A stretch of DNA of 64,000 nucleotides from Lingula anatina. Taxonomy: Eukaryota > Animalia > Brachiopoda. The notes below the pieces were generated by a model. It did not search any database and was not told where the DNA came from. It saw nothing but the letters and a program-made list of their open reading frames with translations. Below are positions 12,341 to 24,444 of this stretch, piece by piece (positions within the stretch are counted from its first letter, which is position 1; every line of letters begins with the position of its first letter). The DNA lies in NCBI GenBank assembly GCA_051362555.1, contig CM120644.1, positions 25,256,534-25,320,533 on the forward strand, in the 5' to 3' direction. A program made the translations under genes and the position numbers.

Positions 12341-13680
12341 TTTTTACACTCCCTCTGCTACATGATGGCAGTGTTACAGCAGCCCTGGTGCTGGTTGTTG
12401 TTGCTGTTGTTGTTGTTGTTGGAGTTGGGCTGTAAATTGAGCTGTCATCATTTTCATTGTCATCATCATCATCTGCATCATCATTGCCTACTAAATGATA
12501 AATATTTATCAATAAAATTTTGGTATAATAAATTTTACCATTATAACTTTCAAACATAAAAAACAATATTTTCTAATTTAAAAGTGAATGTACATTATTT
12601 TTATATTCACAATTTGTTAAGGCAACAATTTTATCCTTTCTTAGTATTATTTTTTAAATTTTTTTTTACAAAACCCACCAAGAGCTGACAAATCTGTAAT
12701 ATCAATTGTGCTTAGTGGTTCACAGGTACGATACAACGAAAGTTTATTACGGCTGCATCGGTTGACTATATACAGTAATGTACTACCAGTTCGAAGTGGA
12801 TGTATTGATTGTGGCATGCATTTATTGTTTTCGACTATGTTTGATACATTTCAAGGACAAGAGAATATTTCCATTCACATTGGGATTTAACGTTTAGAAT
12901 CTAATCGTTTAGGACCTCAACTACGAGGCTTGCAGTGAAAGAAACAGCGGCTGTGAATCAGTAAGTGACTCTGCCTCGTTATAGAAGTTCAAGGTCAAAG
13001 TATATAAACATTGCAGACGATATGATTTTATGCAATTTTCTGAGCAACCGAATCACATTCAAGACTTATTTTGAAAGTTCAAAACCTATGTGACAATGGA
13101 ACATTCACTTACGGCGAACAAGTTAACATGCAACCGTTTGAGTTTTTTATGTAAAGAATGATGTGCACCGTGTTCATATTGAAACGGCAGTGTGATTCTC
13201 AGTGATTGATTTTAGCAGCATTTACACAAGAAACGAAGAACATTTTCATCATTTGAAAATATTTTTCAAATAAATAAAAATTTATTACTCACCTGTGGTC
13301 TCAAAACCTTCAGCAATACCCTCAAATGAGGGGTCATTGGAATACATGTCTATGATAGACTGTATCTGAGAGTCCACTGGGGGATGGGCTGGCCCGCCGC
13401 CAGTTCCCCCAGCATGTTTAACCAGCCCATGCTGGATCTTCTTGGCATGGGCAACCATTCCCCTCCACTTTTCCTTACATTCATGGGTGCTCCTCTGAGC
13501 TATGCCAAGTGCACTGACATTGTAAGAAATCTCTTCCCAACAAGTTTTCTTTTGTCTGTTGTCCAGACTTGTGGTAAGTTTGGATTTGATGGTATTTTGG
13601 TGCACTTGGCACAGCTCAGTTAGGAGGGAGGTTTCCCTCAAACTCCAATTTGTCTTCCTTGCCCTCTTACCAGAAGACAT
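12341..13680 (-). CDS. Harbinger Myb/SANT-like DNA-binding protein (exons 13680-13293 and about 12490-12341; degenerate coiled-coil exon near 11950-11800)
   Basis: RKTNWSLRETSLL...WEEIS...RSTHECKEKW...GTGGGP is the MSANTD/NAIF1-type signature; donor is |gtgagt. Confidence 0.85.
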
Positions 13681-14431
13681 TTTCACAGGACTGTACTTTT
13701 GTTTTAGCAACAGTGCCTGATGGGTAACCAAATATGGACATAGACCCAGTTGTTCATAGCAACTTCCTCAAAGTGAGGTTGTTCTTACCAATTATCCACT
13801 ATATAGTGATTTTATCCACCGTTTAGCTATCCGCCTGTTTATACGCTCTTTATGCAATGCATATTTATACACCTGTAACGTACCGATCTTAATAATTAAG
13901 CCATATCAGGATTCACCGACAAAAGAAATAATTGGAGAGTATCATTATCAAAAGCCACCGACGTTGGGCCGCAGCAGTGGTGAGGATTAGCTTGTTAAGG
14001 GGCCGTTTTGTCTCAGATGTCGGGGAGATGATCGTAACCTTACCAATCCTCAATACAGGTCGATCGTTCGACAGACATACCGTCGCCGAGGGTTCGGCCA
14101 GGGTTGCGACATTGAACCGACATCAAGCATATTAACGGATAAGGACCTTTTAACGAGCTTCCTCAACACTCAGTATATAAGGTCTAGAAAACTCTCGGTT
14201 GGATAGAAGGTAGAAGACGCAGATCAGTAGAACCTCTACTTGTTAACGACAACGACTGTAGGCCGATGTCCAGGCCGCCTCTAATCCTGTTCAATAAATT
14301 ATACAGTTAAACTTCTTCGTTGAGTTCATCTCTGACTGAGGCGTCCACCAGCAAGCCTCACGAATCAGTACGAGTACCTGTACGACATCACATTTGAGTC
14401 TACAAATTGGCGAGCTCCCAGATATTCAGGG

Positions 14432-15526
14432 ATGGACCCGGAGATAGTAAAGCAACTCACCAGTGGCGTGTTGCTAATGGCCAAGACAAGCCTGCAGACA
14501 GCCCAGGAGGACGGCCACTGGCGGAATTTGATGCAGGAGAGGTGGCGGTCAGAGGACGATCGCCACACAGCACAGGTACAACTATTGGCGGAGAACGGCC
14601 AACGATTAAAGAGACAGGAGACGCAGAGTAGGATAGACCTCCTCTGTCGACCCATATCGACGTGCGATGGCACAGTTCCAGAAGATACGAGAGAGTGGAT
14701 TGACCAGGTGGAGAGGACAATTCCCCGGTCGACAGACATACCGGAGGCCACTATTCGCATCGCGCTGCAGACCACAAGCGGGGCGTTGGCCTCAGAAATA
14801 GATCACCACCTACAACAGAGGCCCGAATATTATGGTGCGGATTGGGCAACCCTCCGCAACCACATCCGCCGGGTTTTTCTTTCGGCGGATGAGACAACAT
14901 CTTTGCGGGCGGAATTGGAAAAAATAAAACAATCGCCTTACGAAAATACAGCAGCATATAGCCGAAGAGTAAGAGAAGCCGCCAAGAAGGCGTACCCCCT
15001 CCCTCGTAGCACAGACGCCGAATTTAACCTTGTAAAGATTTACGCTCGCGGCCTGTCAGAGGTCCGACTGGCGCGAGACTTGTTACGTCGAGGGAGGCCT
15101 AAAACTCTACAAGACGCCATCAAATTTGTTGATAACGAGGAGGTTGGAGACCTCATGTTTAAAACTGTGTACGGAGACCGCCTGACAACACCGGCCAGGG
15201 TGGAAGAACCCATGGAGATTGGTGCAACACAAAAAGAAGAGACGCCAGCCTGGGTAGAAGAGCTGACATCATTAACACGTTCCATGGCAACCCTACTACA
15301 GCAGAACCAACAGCGATCTACACATGTACCCCAACAGCGACAGACACAAGCTAAGCCCAGACCACGGTTCAACAGCCCTAGAGGTGAAAGAGGTTGGACT
15401 GAAAATGGTGAAGTAATTTGCTTTCATTGTAACAAAATCGGACATTATAAAGCAGACTGTTATCAGCTTAAAGGTAGTCAGAGAAGACAGGGGACAGGTA
15501 GGCCTAGAAGTAACCATTTAAACTAA
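14432..15526 (+). CDS. gag: Gypsy Gag with CCHC zinc knuckle
   Basis: 364-aa ORF with EEPMEIG and CFHCNKIGHYKADC, immediately after the PBS. Confidence 0.92.
   Translation: MDPEIVKQLTSGVLLMAKTSLQTAQEDGHWRNLMQERWRSEDDRHTAQVQLLAENGQRLKRQETQSRIDLLCRPISTCDGTVPEDTREWIDQVERTIPRSTDIPEATIRIALQTTSGALASEIDHHLQQRPEYYGADWATLRNHIRRVFLSADETTSLRAELEKIKQSPYENTAAYSRRVREAAKKAYPLPRSTDAEFNLVKIYARGLSEVRLARDLLRRGRPKTLQDAIKFVDNEEVGDLMFKTVYGDRLTTPARVEEPMEIGATQKEETPAWVEELTSLTRSMATLLQQNQQRSTHVPQQRQTQAKPRPRFNSPRGERGWTENGEVICFHCNKIGHYKADCYQLKGSQRRQGTGRPRSNHLN
15517..15523 (+). promoter_or_regulatory. -1 ribosomal frameshift slippery site T TTA AAC
   Basis: X XXY YYZ heptamer in the gag frame directly before the gag stop; the -1 frame opens into the protease. 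Confidence 0.8.
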
Positions 15527-16085
15527 TAGCGGCAGCAGGACGCGCTGGAGACCGAGTAGGAATAGAGGTTAGTTTACACGGTATTAAATGTGTAGCTTTA
15601 GTAGATACCGGCGCCAGCACCTCCTTGCTGCACTATTCCGTTTATCAGAAGTTATGCGAAAAAATAGCGAGACCAAGATTAGTAAAATTTTCTCAACCCA
15701 TTGTTAGTGTTACAGGGCAGAGATTAGACGTGGTAGGCAGAGCCCAAATTAGAATAGACAACGCCACCACAGTAGATATGCTACTGGTTAGAAATATAGA
15801 TCACGACATGATTCTGGGCAACGATACCCTCCAAACTCACAGGGGTGTCATTAATTACAACACCAATACATTGTGTTGGTGCCGAAAGGAATGGCCATTA
15901 GTGGAATACACGCGTAACGCCTCGGCGTCTACGTTGTGCACTTCACTATTGAAAACTACACCTGTGGGTGACGAGGTAATAGACGAGGTGTTAAGGGAGT
16001 ACAATGACATATTTAGCGTGAAAGGGGACCCCCACGGGCTGGCAAAGGTGGAACCAATGACAATAGATACAGGGAATAACCCTCC
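15517..16085 (+). pseudogene. pol: Truncated Gypsy pol (aspartic protease only), in the -1 frame
   Basis: The -1 frame reads ...CVALVDTGASTSLL...MILGND. RT, RNase H and integrase are absent. Confidence 0.88.
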
Positions 16086-16361
16086 ATCAAAAGCCACCGA
16101 CGTTGGGCCGCGGCAGTGGTGAGGATTAGCTCGTTAAGGGGCCGTTTTGTCTCAGATGTCGGGGAGATGATCGTAACCTTACCAATCCTCAATACAGGTC
16201 GATCGTTCGACAGACATACCGTCGCCGAGGGTTCGGCCAGGGTTGCGACATTGAACCGACATCAAGCATATTATCGGATAAGGACTTTTTAACGAGCTTC
16301 CTCAACACTCAGTATATAAGGTCTAGAAAACTCTCGGTTGGATAGAAGGTAGAAGACGCAG

Positions 16362-17048
16362 GGGCCGGTTTCACAAAGCAGTAGTTAGTTAGCGATCGGT
16401 AGTTAGCCTCTCGCTAGTTATAATGCCGTTTCACGAAGCAGTCGCTAGTTCTCTCGCTCTTTATTGTGTCGTTGTTACCATGGATATTTAGCGACTGGTC
16501 AGACCAGTCGCTAACTCTAGAGTTTCATCGTACGCATGCGTAATGAATGAAATAGAAAGGTTGCTTAGTTACCGTTGTCTGTCGTTTGTCTTTGTATCCA
16601 ATATGGCGACGACCTTTTTTGCTATCCGTACCGCCAGACGGCAACGTAGACTACGACGTTTTCATGAAAGGCAGAATCTATTAGAATATACACGCGATGA
16701 TGCAATTTACGAGAGGTTGCGCCTAGCTGTGACAAAAAGAGCGGCAAAAGGGTGGTGGAGATCCTTTACGACGACCTCAAAGCAGACGTTCTTATGCATT
16801 TCCAGCCGCCGGAAATTGGAGAGTTAGTGCTTTCGCGACACTTTTACACAAGAGTTCCACTTCCGGTAGACTGTTTCGAGACTACGGTGAGTAACAAGAG
16901 AACTAACGACCGAACTTTACGACTGAACTTAGCGATGAGTTAACTACTGCTTCGTGAAACACCCCTCGAAAATCGCTAAGTTTGCTCGTTAGCGAGGTAG
17001 TTCAGTAGTTAGTTGTTCTAACTAACTACTGCTTTGTGAAACCGGCCC
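16362..17048 (+). mobile_element. Non-autonomous Harbinger-derived element inserted in the 3' LTR
   Basis: TIR gggccggtttcacaaagcagtagttagttag and CAG TSD; the empty site is visible in the 5' LTR. Carries a transposase N-terminal remnant (TRDDAIYERLRL). Confidence 0.92.
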
Positions 17049-17323
17049 CAGATCAGTAGAACCTCTACTTGTTAACGACAACGACTGTAGGCCGATGTCC
17101 AGGCCGCCTCTAATCCTGTTCAATAAATTATACAGTTAAACTTCTTCGTTGAGTTCATCTCTGACTGAGGCGTCCACCAGCAAGCCTCACGAATCAGTAC
17201 GAGTACCTGTACGACATCACATTTGAGTCTACACACCGTTTAGCTATACACCGTATAGGGCATTTACACACTGTATAGAGTTATCCGGCGTATAGTGCTA
17301 TATGGCTTTCATACAACCCAGCC

Positions 17324-17812
17324 CAGATCTTTACTTGTAAATTTTACCAATATGGGTAAGTTACCACTGGGGCTGTGTTCCCTTTCTATCAGATCTCTTT
17401 ACTTGTAAATTTTACGAATATGAGTAAGTTATTACTGGAGCCGTGTTTCCTTTCTATCAAATCTTTACTTGTAAATTTTACCAACATGGGTATGTTAATA
17501 CTGGAGCCTTGTTTCCTTTTTATCAAATCTTTACTTGTAAATTTTACCAATATGGGTAAGTTATTACTGGAGCTGTGTTCCCTCTCTATTAAATCTTTAC
17601 TTGTAAATTTTACCAATATGGGTAAGTTATTACTGAGGCTGTGTTTCCTTTCAATCAAATTTTTACTAGTAAATTTTACCAATATGGGTAAGTTATTACT
17701 GAGGCTGTGTTTCCTTTCAATCAAATTTTTACTAGTAAATTTTACCAATATGGGTAAGTTATTACTGGGGCTGTGTTTCCTTTCTATTAAATCTTTACAG
17801 GTAAATTTTACC
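17324..17812 (+). repeat. Donor-junction 66-bp array, right part (7 more donors), separated by the Harbinger insertion
   Basis: Resumes in register after the CAG target-site duplication (TSD); GT from 17356 to 17754. Copies are more diverged. Confidence 0.95.
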
Positions 17813-19131
17813 ATTGTGGTTAGGTTATAGTCCATGAGCCAAATTGAAAAAAGGCCTTATTTAAGGATTTGGCTGCACCCCCCGTCAAACAAAGGTTTTA
17901 TGATTGATTCTTGTAGTTTAGAACCTGAATTTTTCATTTCTGCTTGTTTCCGGCTTGAAAAAGTGTCCGTTTGTACCGGAAACAGGCCAAATCCAAGATG
18001 GCCGCCAGTAAATTCATGTGTCAACTGTAAATACAAAAATTGATTTTAAAGTTACTTAACAACTTAATATTATCAAAATTTGCACTGATCACAAGTACTT
18101 TGGCCTTCTTTGATTTTTCAGGCACTTTACATTTTTCAAAATGGCGACTGAATCCAAGATGGCGGCCATTTTCCTTACTTTTTGTGAAAAAATACAAATA
18201 CCTAAATTTGAAATTTTTTTTATTAACCAAAAATTAGGAATATTTTACATGTTTTGGTGTATTTGAATAAGTTGAAGTCTATATTTTTAATTTTTACCAG
18301 TTAATTTATCACAAAATTGTACATTTGAACACAGATGGCTCTAATCCAAGATGGCCACCACATAAAATGGGCTTTTTGTTTTGATACGTCAAAAAGAATT
18401 TCTCAGTATAAAACATCTCAGACTACTTAATGGAGGATTTATTGCACAGGTCATGGTATGAAATGTATGACTGAATAATTTAAATTGTTTTGAGATTTTG
18501 TTCAGGGTATAAAAATCCAAAATGGCCGCCAATTTCTGGATTCAAAACATACATTATTTTGATTTGCATGTTAAAAAACATTAAATTGAATAATTAGCAA
18601 ATTAAAAATATTTATTTTTTGATAAATTTATCTGTATTGCAATCTCATTTTGCTTCTTGGCCACTTTATTCTGTCAAAAAGTGGTTAATTTTTCTTCATT
18701 TATCATGATTCCAAGTTTGCCATTGATAAAAATGAACTGCACGCGACCCGTATGGACAATACCACATGTTATGAGCCTTACGTAAAAGGCTATTTCTGAG
18801 CTTTATTGTTCAAGTAATGGAATGGAATATATAACTGAATGATTCAAAATGTTTTTAGGCTTGTAGTTTAGGGTTGAAAAGTCCAAAATGGCCGTCAATT
18901 TCTGGATTCAAAACAAATGACATTTTGATTTGCATGTTGAAAAGCATCAAATTGAATGATGGGCAAATGATTAAAGACTATATTTTGATAAACTGCAGTG
19001 TCCTCTTACTGTTTAGAATCTAATTTTTCCAAAAAGTAATTATCTAAGCTCCAATCATCAAAAATATCCAAGATGGCCACCAACAAAAATGAATTTTAGG
19101 TAAACATGGATGAAAACACACTGTTGAGTCG

Positions 19132-19195
<64 letters not shown>

Positions 19196-19221
19196 CAATT
19201 TTTTTCAGCAGCAACTATATA

Positions 19222-20513
19222 CAGGGTTGCTACTTAATATGGAATATTTTTTATCATTGTTATTTTTGAGTGCTGATTAAATATTTTTTGGCTTGATTCA
19301 TCAAAAAAGTATATCATTGAGTGAGAAAAATATCCAGTCTTCCATTGTGAGATATTTTGGTCAATAATATCAAATCTGACATAAGATGTCATTCAAAAGA
19401 AAAGAACACCCCCAGAAAACCATATCAACAGTTTGATGTCAGTATTAACTTTAAGCTAAGATATTAAAGAAAATGATAGCCTCCGGACAGTGATAAGTTA
19501 CACAGTCAAAGAAATCATTACAGTAAATCATGAAAAGTCATCAACAGCGGGTATGACCTCCAGCAGCCGCTTGCAGCGCCCTCATCCTACATGCCATACC
19601 CTGTGACAAGTTTTTTAGAGTTTGGATGTGGATATCATTCCACGCAGTGATATTTGCCTGTCGCATTTCATCACTATTTACCGGCCGATGACCATAGCCA
19701 TTAATTCTCTGAGTTACTTCCGCCCACAGATTTTCAATTGGGTTTATTACTGGGGAGTTTGCAGGCCAGGGCAGTTGCTGAACCTACTGGTTTTGAAGAA
19801 AAACAGTGATTCTGCGAGCTCTATGTGGGGTTGCACAGTCGTCTTGGTACACAAAGCTGTTCCTAAAGATGACTCTTACAAATCGAAGCATTGTTTGCTG
19901 TAGAATGTCTCTGTAGGAACCCTGGTTGAGGTTGCTTCCCAGAAAAACCAACTGGTTCTGGACACCGGCATGGAATGCTCCCCAAACAGAGACGTTACCA
20001 CCCCCTGCTTGCACCCTAAGTAGTACACAATCATTGTTTTATGCCTCTTGTACACATCGGCGGACACGGATTCGACAGTCAACCCCCAAAATTCCATATC
20101 TGACCTCGTCACTGAAAACGACGTGATTCCAGTGTTTTGACTGCAAAAGCACGTGGTCCCCAGCCCATTGCAGACGTCGCTGTATATGACCTGCTGTTAA
20201 CAGTGGTTTACGTACTGGTCTTCGTGCAAAATAACCAGTTTGCTGTAATCTTTTGTTCACAAGGGGCCTTGAAACGGGCGTTTGAAAGGCATTCTGCCAC
20301 TCTTTTTTGAGGACACTGGTTGTCTTTGTACGACCAGCACGGCGCACTCTAAGGAGAAGGCGATCCTGTCTTCTTGGTGTGGTACGCGGACACACCTGGC
20401 TACACATAGAGTGACCCCTCAGTTTTGGATTTAAAATAGTTGGAGAGAAATTAAATATTTTGTAGAACATTTTCTCGACAAAAAATAATATTCCATATTA
20501 AGTGGTAACCCTG
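19222..20513 (-). mobile_element. Tc1-family transposon with a frameshifted transposase
   Basis: TA TSD and an imperfect ~27-bp TIR, cagggttgctacttaatatggaatatt. Motifs RRPVRKPLL, VVFSDE, VSVWG, QDD.A.PH and NPIENLW. Confidence 0.9.
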
Positions 20514-22362
20514 TAGGTTAGTAAAATGACAATGTTCAATATTGCAGACAAAATGCATGCCCAAAACGCCCTAACAAGAGTGACGTACATCATTTACAAC
20601 TTAAGGATCAATAGTTTGTTATATGGGGGATGGGCTGTAAAATTTAATTTTCATATGATAGCACTTCTATTGTTACATTTCAAATGGACTTGGGTTACTG
20701 GTACATTGCTTGTTGAAAGTTCCCTGTCAAGCTTGACGAAAGAGCCAGGATCTCAGTCAAAAAAGGGACTTACTAGTAGTAGTGATAAGACTTTTCACAT
20801 TCTGCTAGGTGTTGATCGTAAAAAAGAATCAGAATTATCCTAACCTCATGCAACCAAAAGGTAAAATCTTTAATTTATCTGAAAAAAAGGGATGGATAAC
20901 ATGCAGCTGTAGCATTATTCTACATGTATAAATCCGGGAAGCAATCACTATCATAAACTAAGGGTGCTTTCCCAGAGATTTAGATCGATCTAGAGATTAA
21001 GATTTAGATCGACCTAACTCCCTGGGGGTTCACGCTAAATTGCAGTCAGCCGAGCGGGCACCATAGTTAATTACCCCCTTACAGCTTTTAGTAGGCGGGA
21101 CAGACGCTTAAGCCGGCCAAGCTAACAGTAATCTAGTGAGACTCCCCACAGGGATAGATCGATCTAAAAATCTATGGAAATGGGGTGTAAGACCAGCAAA
21201 GAAGTTGCAAGAAAATGTCTGGATCTCCAAGAACATCTTTTGTCTCTTTAGAGAACAGTTCTGGATAATAATACATTCAGGGAACTCATGAAGTGGTGCT
21301 GCAAAGTGAAGTTCATTGATGGTGAATGATGTATGGCACATGTAAGTGACGATGAAGGAGTTCAAGCACAACATGACAAATGATGTTTATGATACAATGT
21401 ATATATATAGGTGCAGGTAATTCTTGCACTTCACGGATAGGTACTGCTCAATATGTTCCATGAATTCTTTTAAAATCCAACATTATTCTGTTGAGAGGAA
21501 AAATATTTGGAGATCCAAACATTGGAGAAACACAGACTAAAACAAACTTTCTTAATAAACTAATTAACAAATAGATCACCACCAAAATCTACTTACTTTT
21601 AGCCTAAAAAATGACCTATCCTGAACACTTCATTTAAGTCTATCCTGAAATTTTTGAGTTAGGCTGATAACAATCTGAGAAACCATAACAAATGGACAAG
21701 CGAAGGTGAAAATGTGACCTTCTCGGAAGAGGTAATAAAGCATGCATACTAAGCTCCCGCATACATGTGTGTATATGGATCAGAGACCTGAACACAGGGC
21801 AAGAGGCTCACTCTCTTAAAACAAAGGTGTTTGCACACAACCTTTGGCATCATCAGGCAATCCAGAGTAACTATTACAGAAGTTTTAAACAGGCATTTCT
21901 GTGCTAAAGAAGACTAAGTTGACTTGGACATGTGAACTAGATGAATGTTGCATAGCAAAATCCCAAAATAGCTGTCACCTGTACTATTTGACCAATTGGT
22001 TTTGGGTAGCAATCTCAGAGGAAGACCATGGTTGAGACTTAAGGACTGAAACTTGCAAAAGCAGCCTGTTTAATTCCACACAGTGACACACTGGCCAAGG
22101 AGTAAACACTTTTTGGCTGAATAAAGTGTCTAAGAAGCAAAATGACATTTCAATACAGATAAATTTATCAAAAAATAAATGTTTTTAATTTACTTATTAT
22201 TCAATTAATGTTTTTTAACGTGCAAACCAAAATAATGTACGTTTTGAATCCAGAAATTGGCGGCCATTTTGGATTTTTTTACCCTGAACAATATCTCAAA
22301 ACAATTTAAATTATTCAGTCATACATTTCATACCATGACCTGTGCAATAAATCCTCCATTAA

Positions 22363-23298
22363 GGTAGATCGGTCGTTACGTAATTTGACGATTTGCGCAA
22401 TTTCAGCGCATCGTCAATCGTCTCTAACGACACAGTGTCACACTTCAGTCTGTTTTATCAATTTGAGGAAATAAAACAATTATCTATAAGATAAACACAC
22501 ATTATCAACTTGTCTGTAACTCTGTATGATCGATATAGATTTTCGACAACGTTTGTCGACTATGATTCCATACGACAACTGTAGCACGTTCATAGACTCG
22601 CCCTTCAAGAAATCGTCGGAATAGCTCCTTTGGCACGAGCAAATGTATGGCAGCTAAAGCTCACAAATTATGCACGTAGATGCTATATCATGTAAAGAAT
22701 AAGTGTTGTAAATTCCAATCAAAGCGGCTGCTTACATTTTGAGGTAGAACGCCCTGAATGTGCTGCAAACCGCAGCTCAGATTTCGACGAAAACCGGAAG
22801 TGCGTCGTAACGCCACTCATTTGGAGTTAGAGAAATTTGGACTGAGAAATATTTCGTAGCTTAGATCTATACAAATGTTCAGAAAATGGCCATACAGCTT
22901 GAAGAAAATTCACTAATCAAAATTGAAACTGCGTTATATTATACAGAAAAATTGTGCACTTCTGACCTTGACTTGTCAGTGTAAACAAAGTATACTGAAC
23001 GCACCGCAAGCAAGCATGCACGTGAATGCCGCATTTGATACTTTGTATCAGACGCTTCATTTTACTTGACATCACAGTGTTTACGATGTCACGTTCATGT
23101 TTTATTCATTAAAAAATAACAACGGCAATAAACTATTTTCATATGCATGAGTATTTCCCTTATTACTCTCTTCAAGAATTTTGTTGTAAAGTTAATGGCT
23201 TACACCTTCTCATCAATTTGACAAATCTGAAAATAGCTGAGTATACTCATTTCAACTGTTAAACATAATGAAAGTTTTAAATGTACTTAGATGTCTCT

Positions 23299-23336
<38 letters not shown>

Positions 23337-24173
23337 ATAAAAAATAACAATTTAGTGAAAAACACCCATTTCCCATTGATTTGAATGGGGACTAGTGCGT
23401 CACGCAGGGTGTAATGCACTTCAACTTGGCGTAGTTCTCTTATTTGGTCGGTGACCCCCAACTTTTTTGGCAAAATTAAAATCTACTTGGATGCCTCTTT
23501 ACACATTAAGTTTTTAAAAAAAACTCAAACGTTAGAAAAATCATAAAAAATAACGTTTTGGTGAAAAACACCCATTTCCCCATTGATTGGAATGGGGACT
23601 AGTGCGTCACGCAGGGTGTAATGCACTTCAACTTGGCGTAGTTCTCTTATTTGGTCGGTGACCCCCAACTTTTTTGGCAAAATTAAAATCTACTTGGATG
23701 CCTCTTTACACATAAAGTTTTTTAAAAAAATTCAAACGTTAGAAAAATCATAAAAAATAACGTTTTGGTGAAAAACACCCATTTCCCCATTGATTGGAAT
23801 GGGGACTAGTGCGTCACGCAGGGTGTAATGCACTTCAACTTGGCGTAGTTCTCTTATTTGGTCGGTGACCCCCAATTTTTTTGGTAAAATTTAAATGTAC
23901 TTGGAGGCCTCTTTACACAAAAAAATTAAAAAAAAAATTCGAACGTCAGAAAGTCATAAAAAATAATGCTTTAGTGAGAAAACACCCATTTTCCCATTGA
24001 TTTGAATGGGGACTAGTGCGATATGCAGGGTGTATCATATTTGGGGCTAGTTCTCTTATTTGGTCGGTGACCCCCAATTTTTTTTGCAAATTTTTAATAT
24101 ACTTGGGTGTCTCTTCAAACAAAAAAAATTTTAAAAAAATTCGAACGTTGGAACATGTAACGACCGATCTACC
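22363..24173. mobile_element. Kolobok-like non-autonomous element with about 4 internal ~206-bp tandem repeats
   Basis: TTAA TSD and a 17-bp TIR, ggtagatcggtcgttac. The purine GG terminus fits Kolobok rather than piggyBac. Repeats span about 23355-24150. Confidence 0.8.
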
Positions 24174-24444
24174 TTAAGTAGTCTGAGATGTTTTATACTG
24201 AGAAAGGCTTTTTGACATATAAAAAAAAAAGCCCATTTTATGTGGTGGCCATCTTGGATTAGAGCCATCTTCGTCAAATGTACAATTTTGTGATAAATTA
24301 ACTGGTAAAAATTAAAAATATAGACTTCAACTTATTCAAATACACCAAAACATGTAAAATATTCCTAATTTTTGGTTAATAAAAAAAAATTTCAAATTTA
24401 GGTATTTGTATTTTTTCACAAAAAGTAAGGAAAATGGCCAAAAA

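Larger units (their letters stand above)
13874..17233 (+). mobile_element. Gypsy/Ty3 LTR retrotransposon, internally deleted, nested in the Harbinger subterminal region
   Basis: 5' LTR 13874-14404 (TG...CA), PBS-like tggcgagc at 14408, 3' LTR remnant 16086-17233, and CACC TSD (13870-13873, 17234-17237). Confidence 0.95.
8611..17323. mobile_element. PIF/Harbinger DNA transposon, full structure (transposase plus Myb/SANT gene)
   Basis: TIR ggctgggttgtatgaaagcc(g/a)tatagcactatacg and CAG TSD (8608-8610, 17324-17326). Two convergent genes, as expected for this superfamily. Confidence 0.95.
17828..24440. mobile_element. Long-inverted-repeat (foldback-like) DNA element rich in caagatggcgg motifs; right end truncated
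   Basis: About 18163-18690 is the reverse complement of about 22100-24440 once the TTAA insertion is removed. Superfamily uncertain. Confidence 0.6.
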
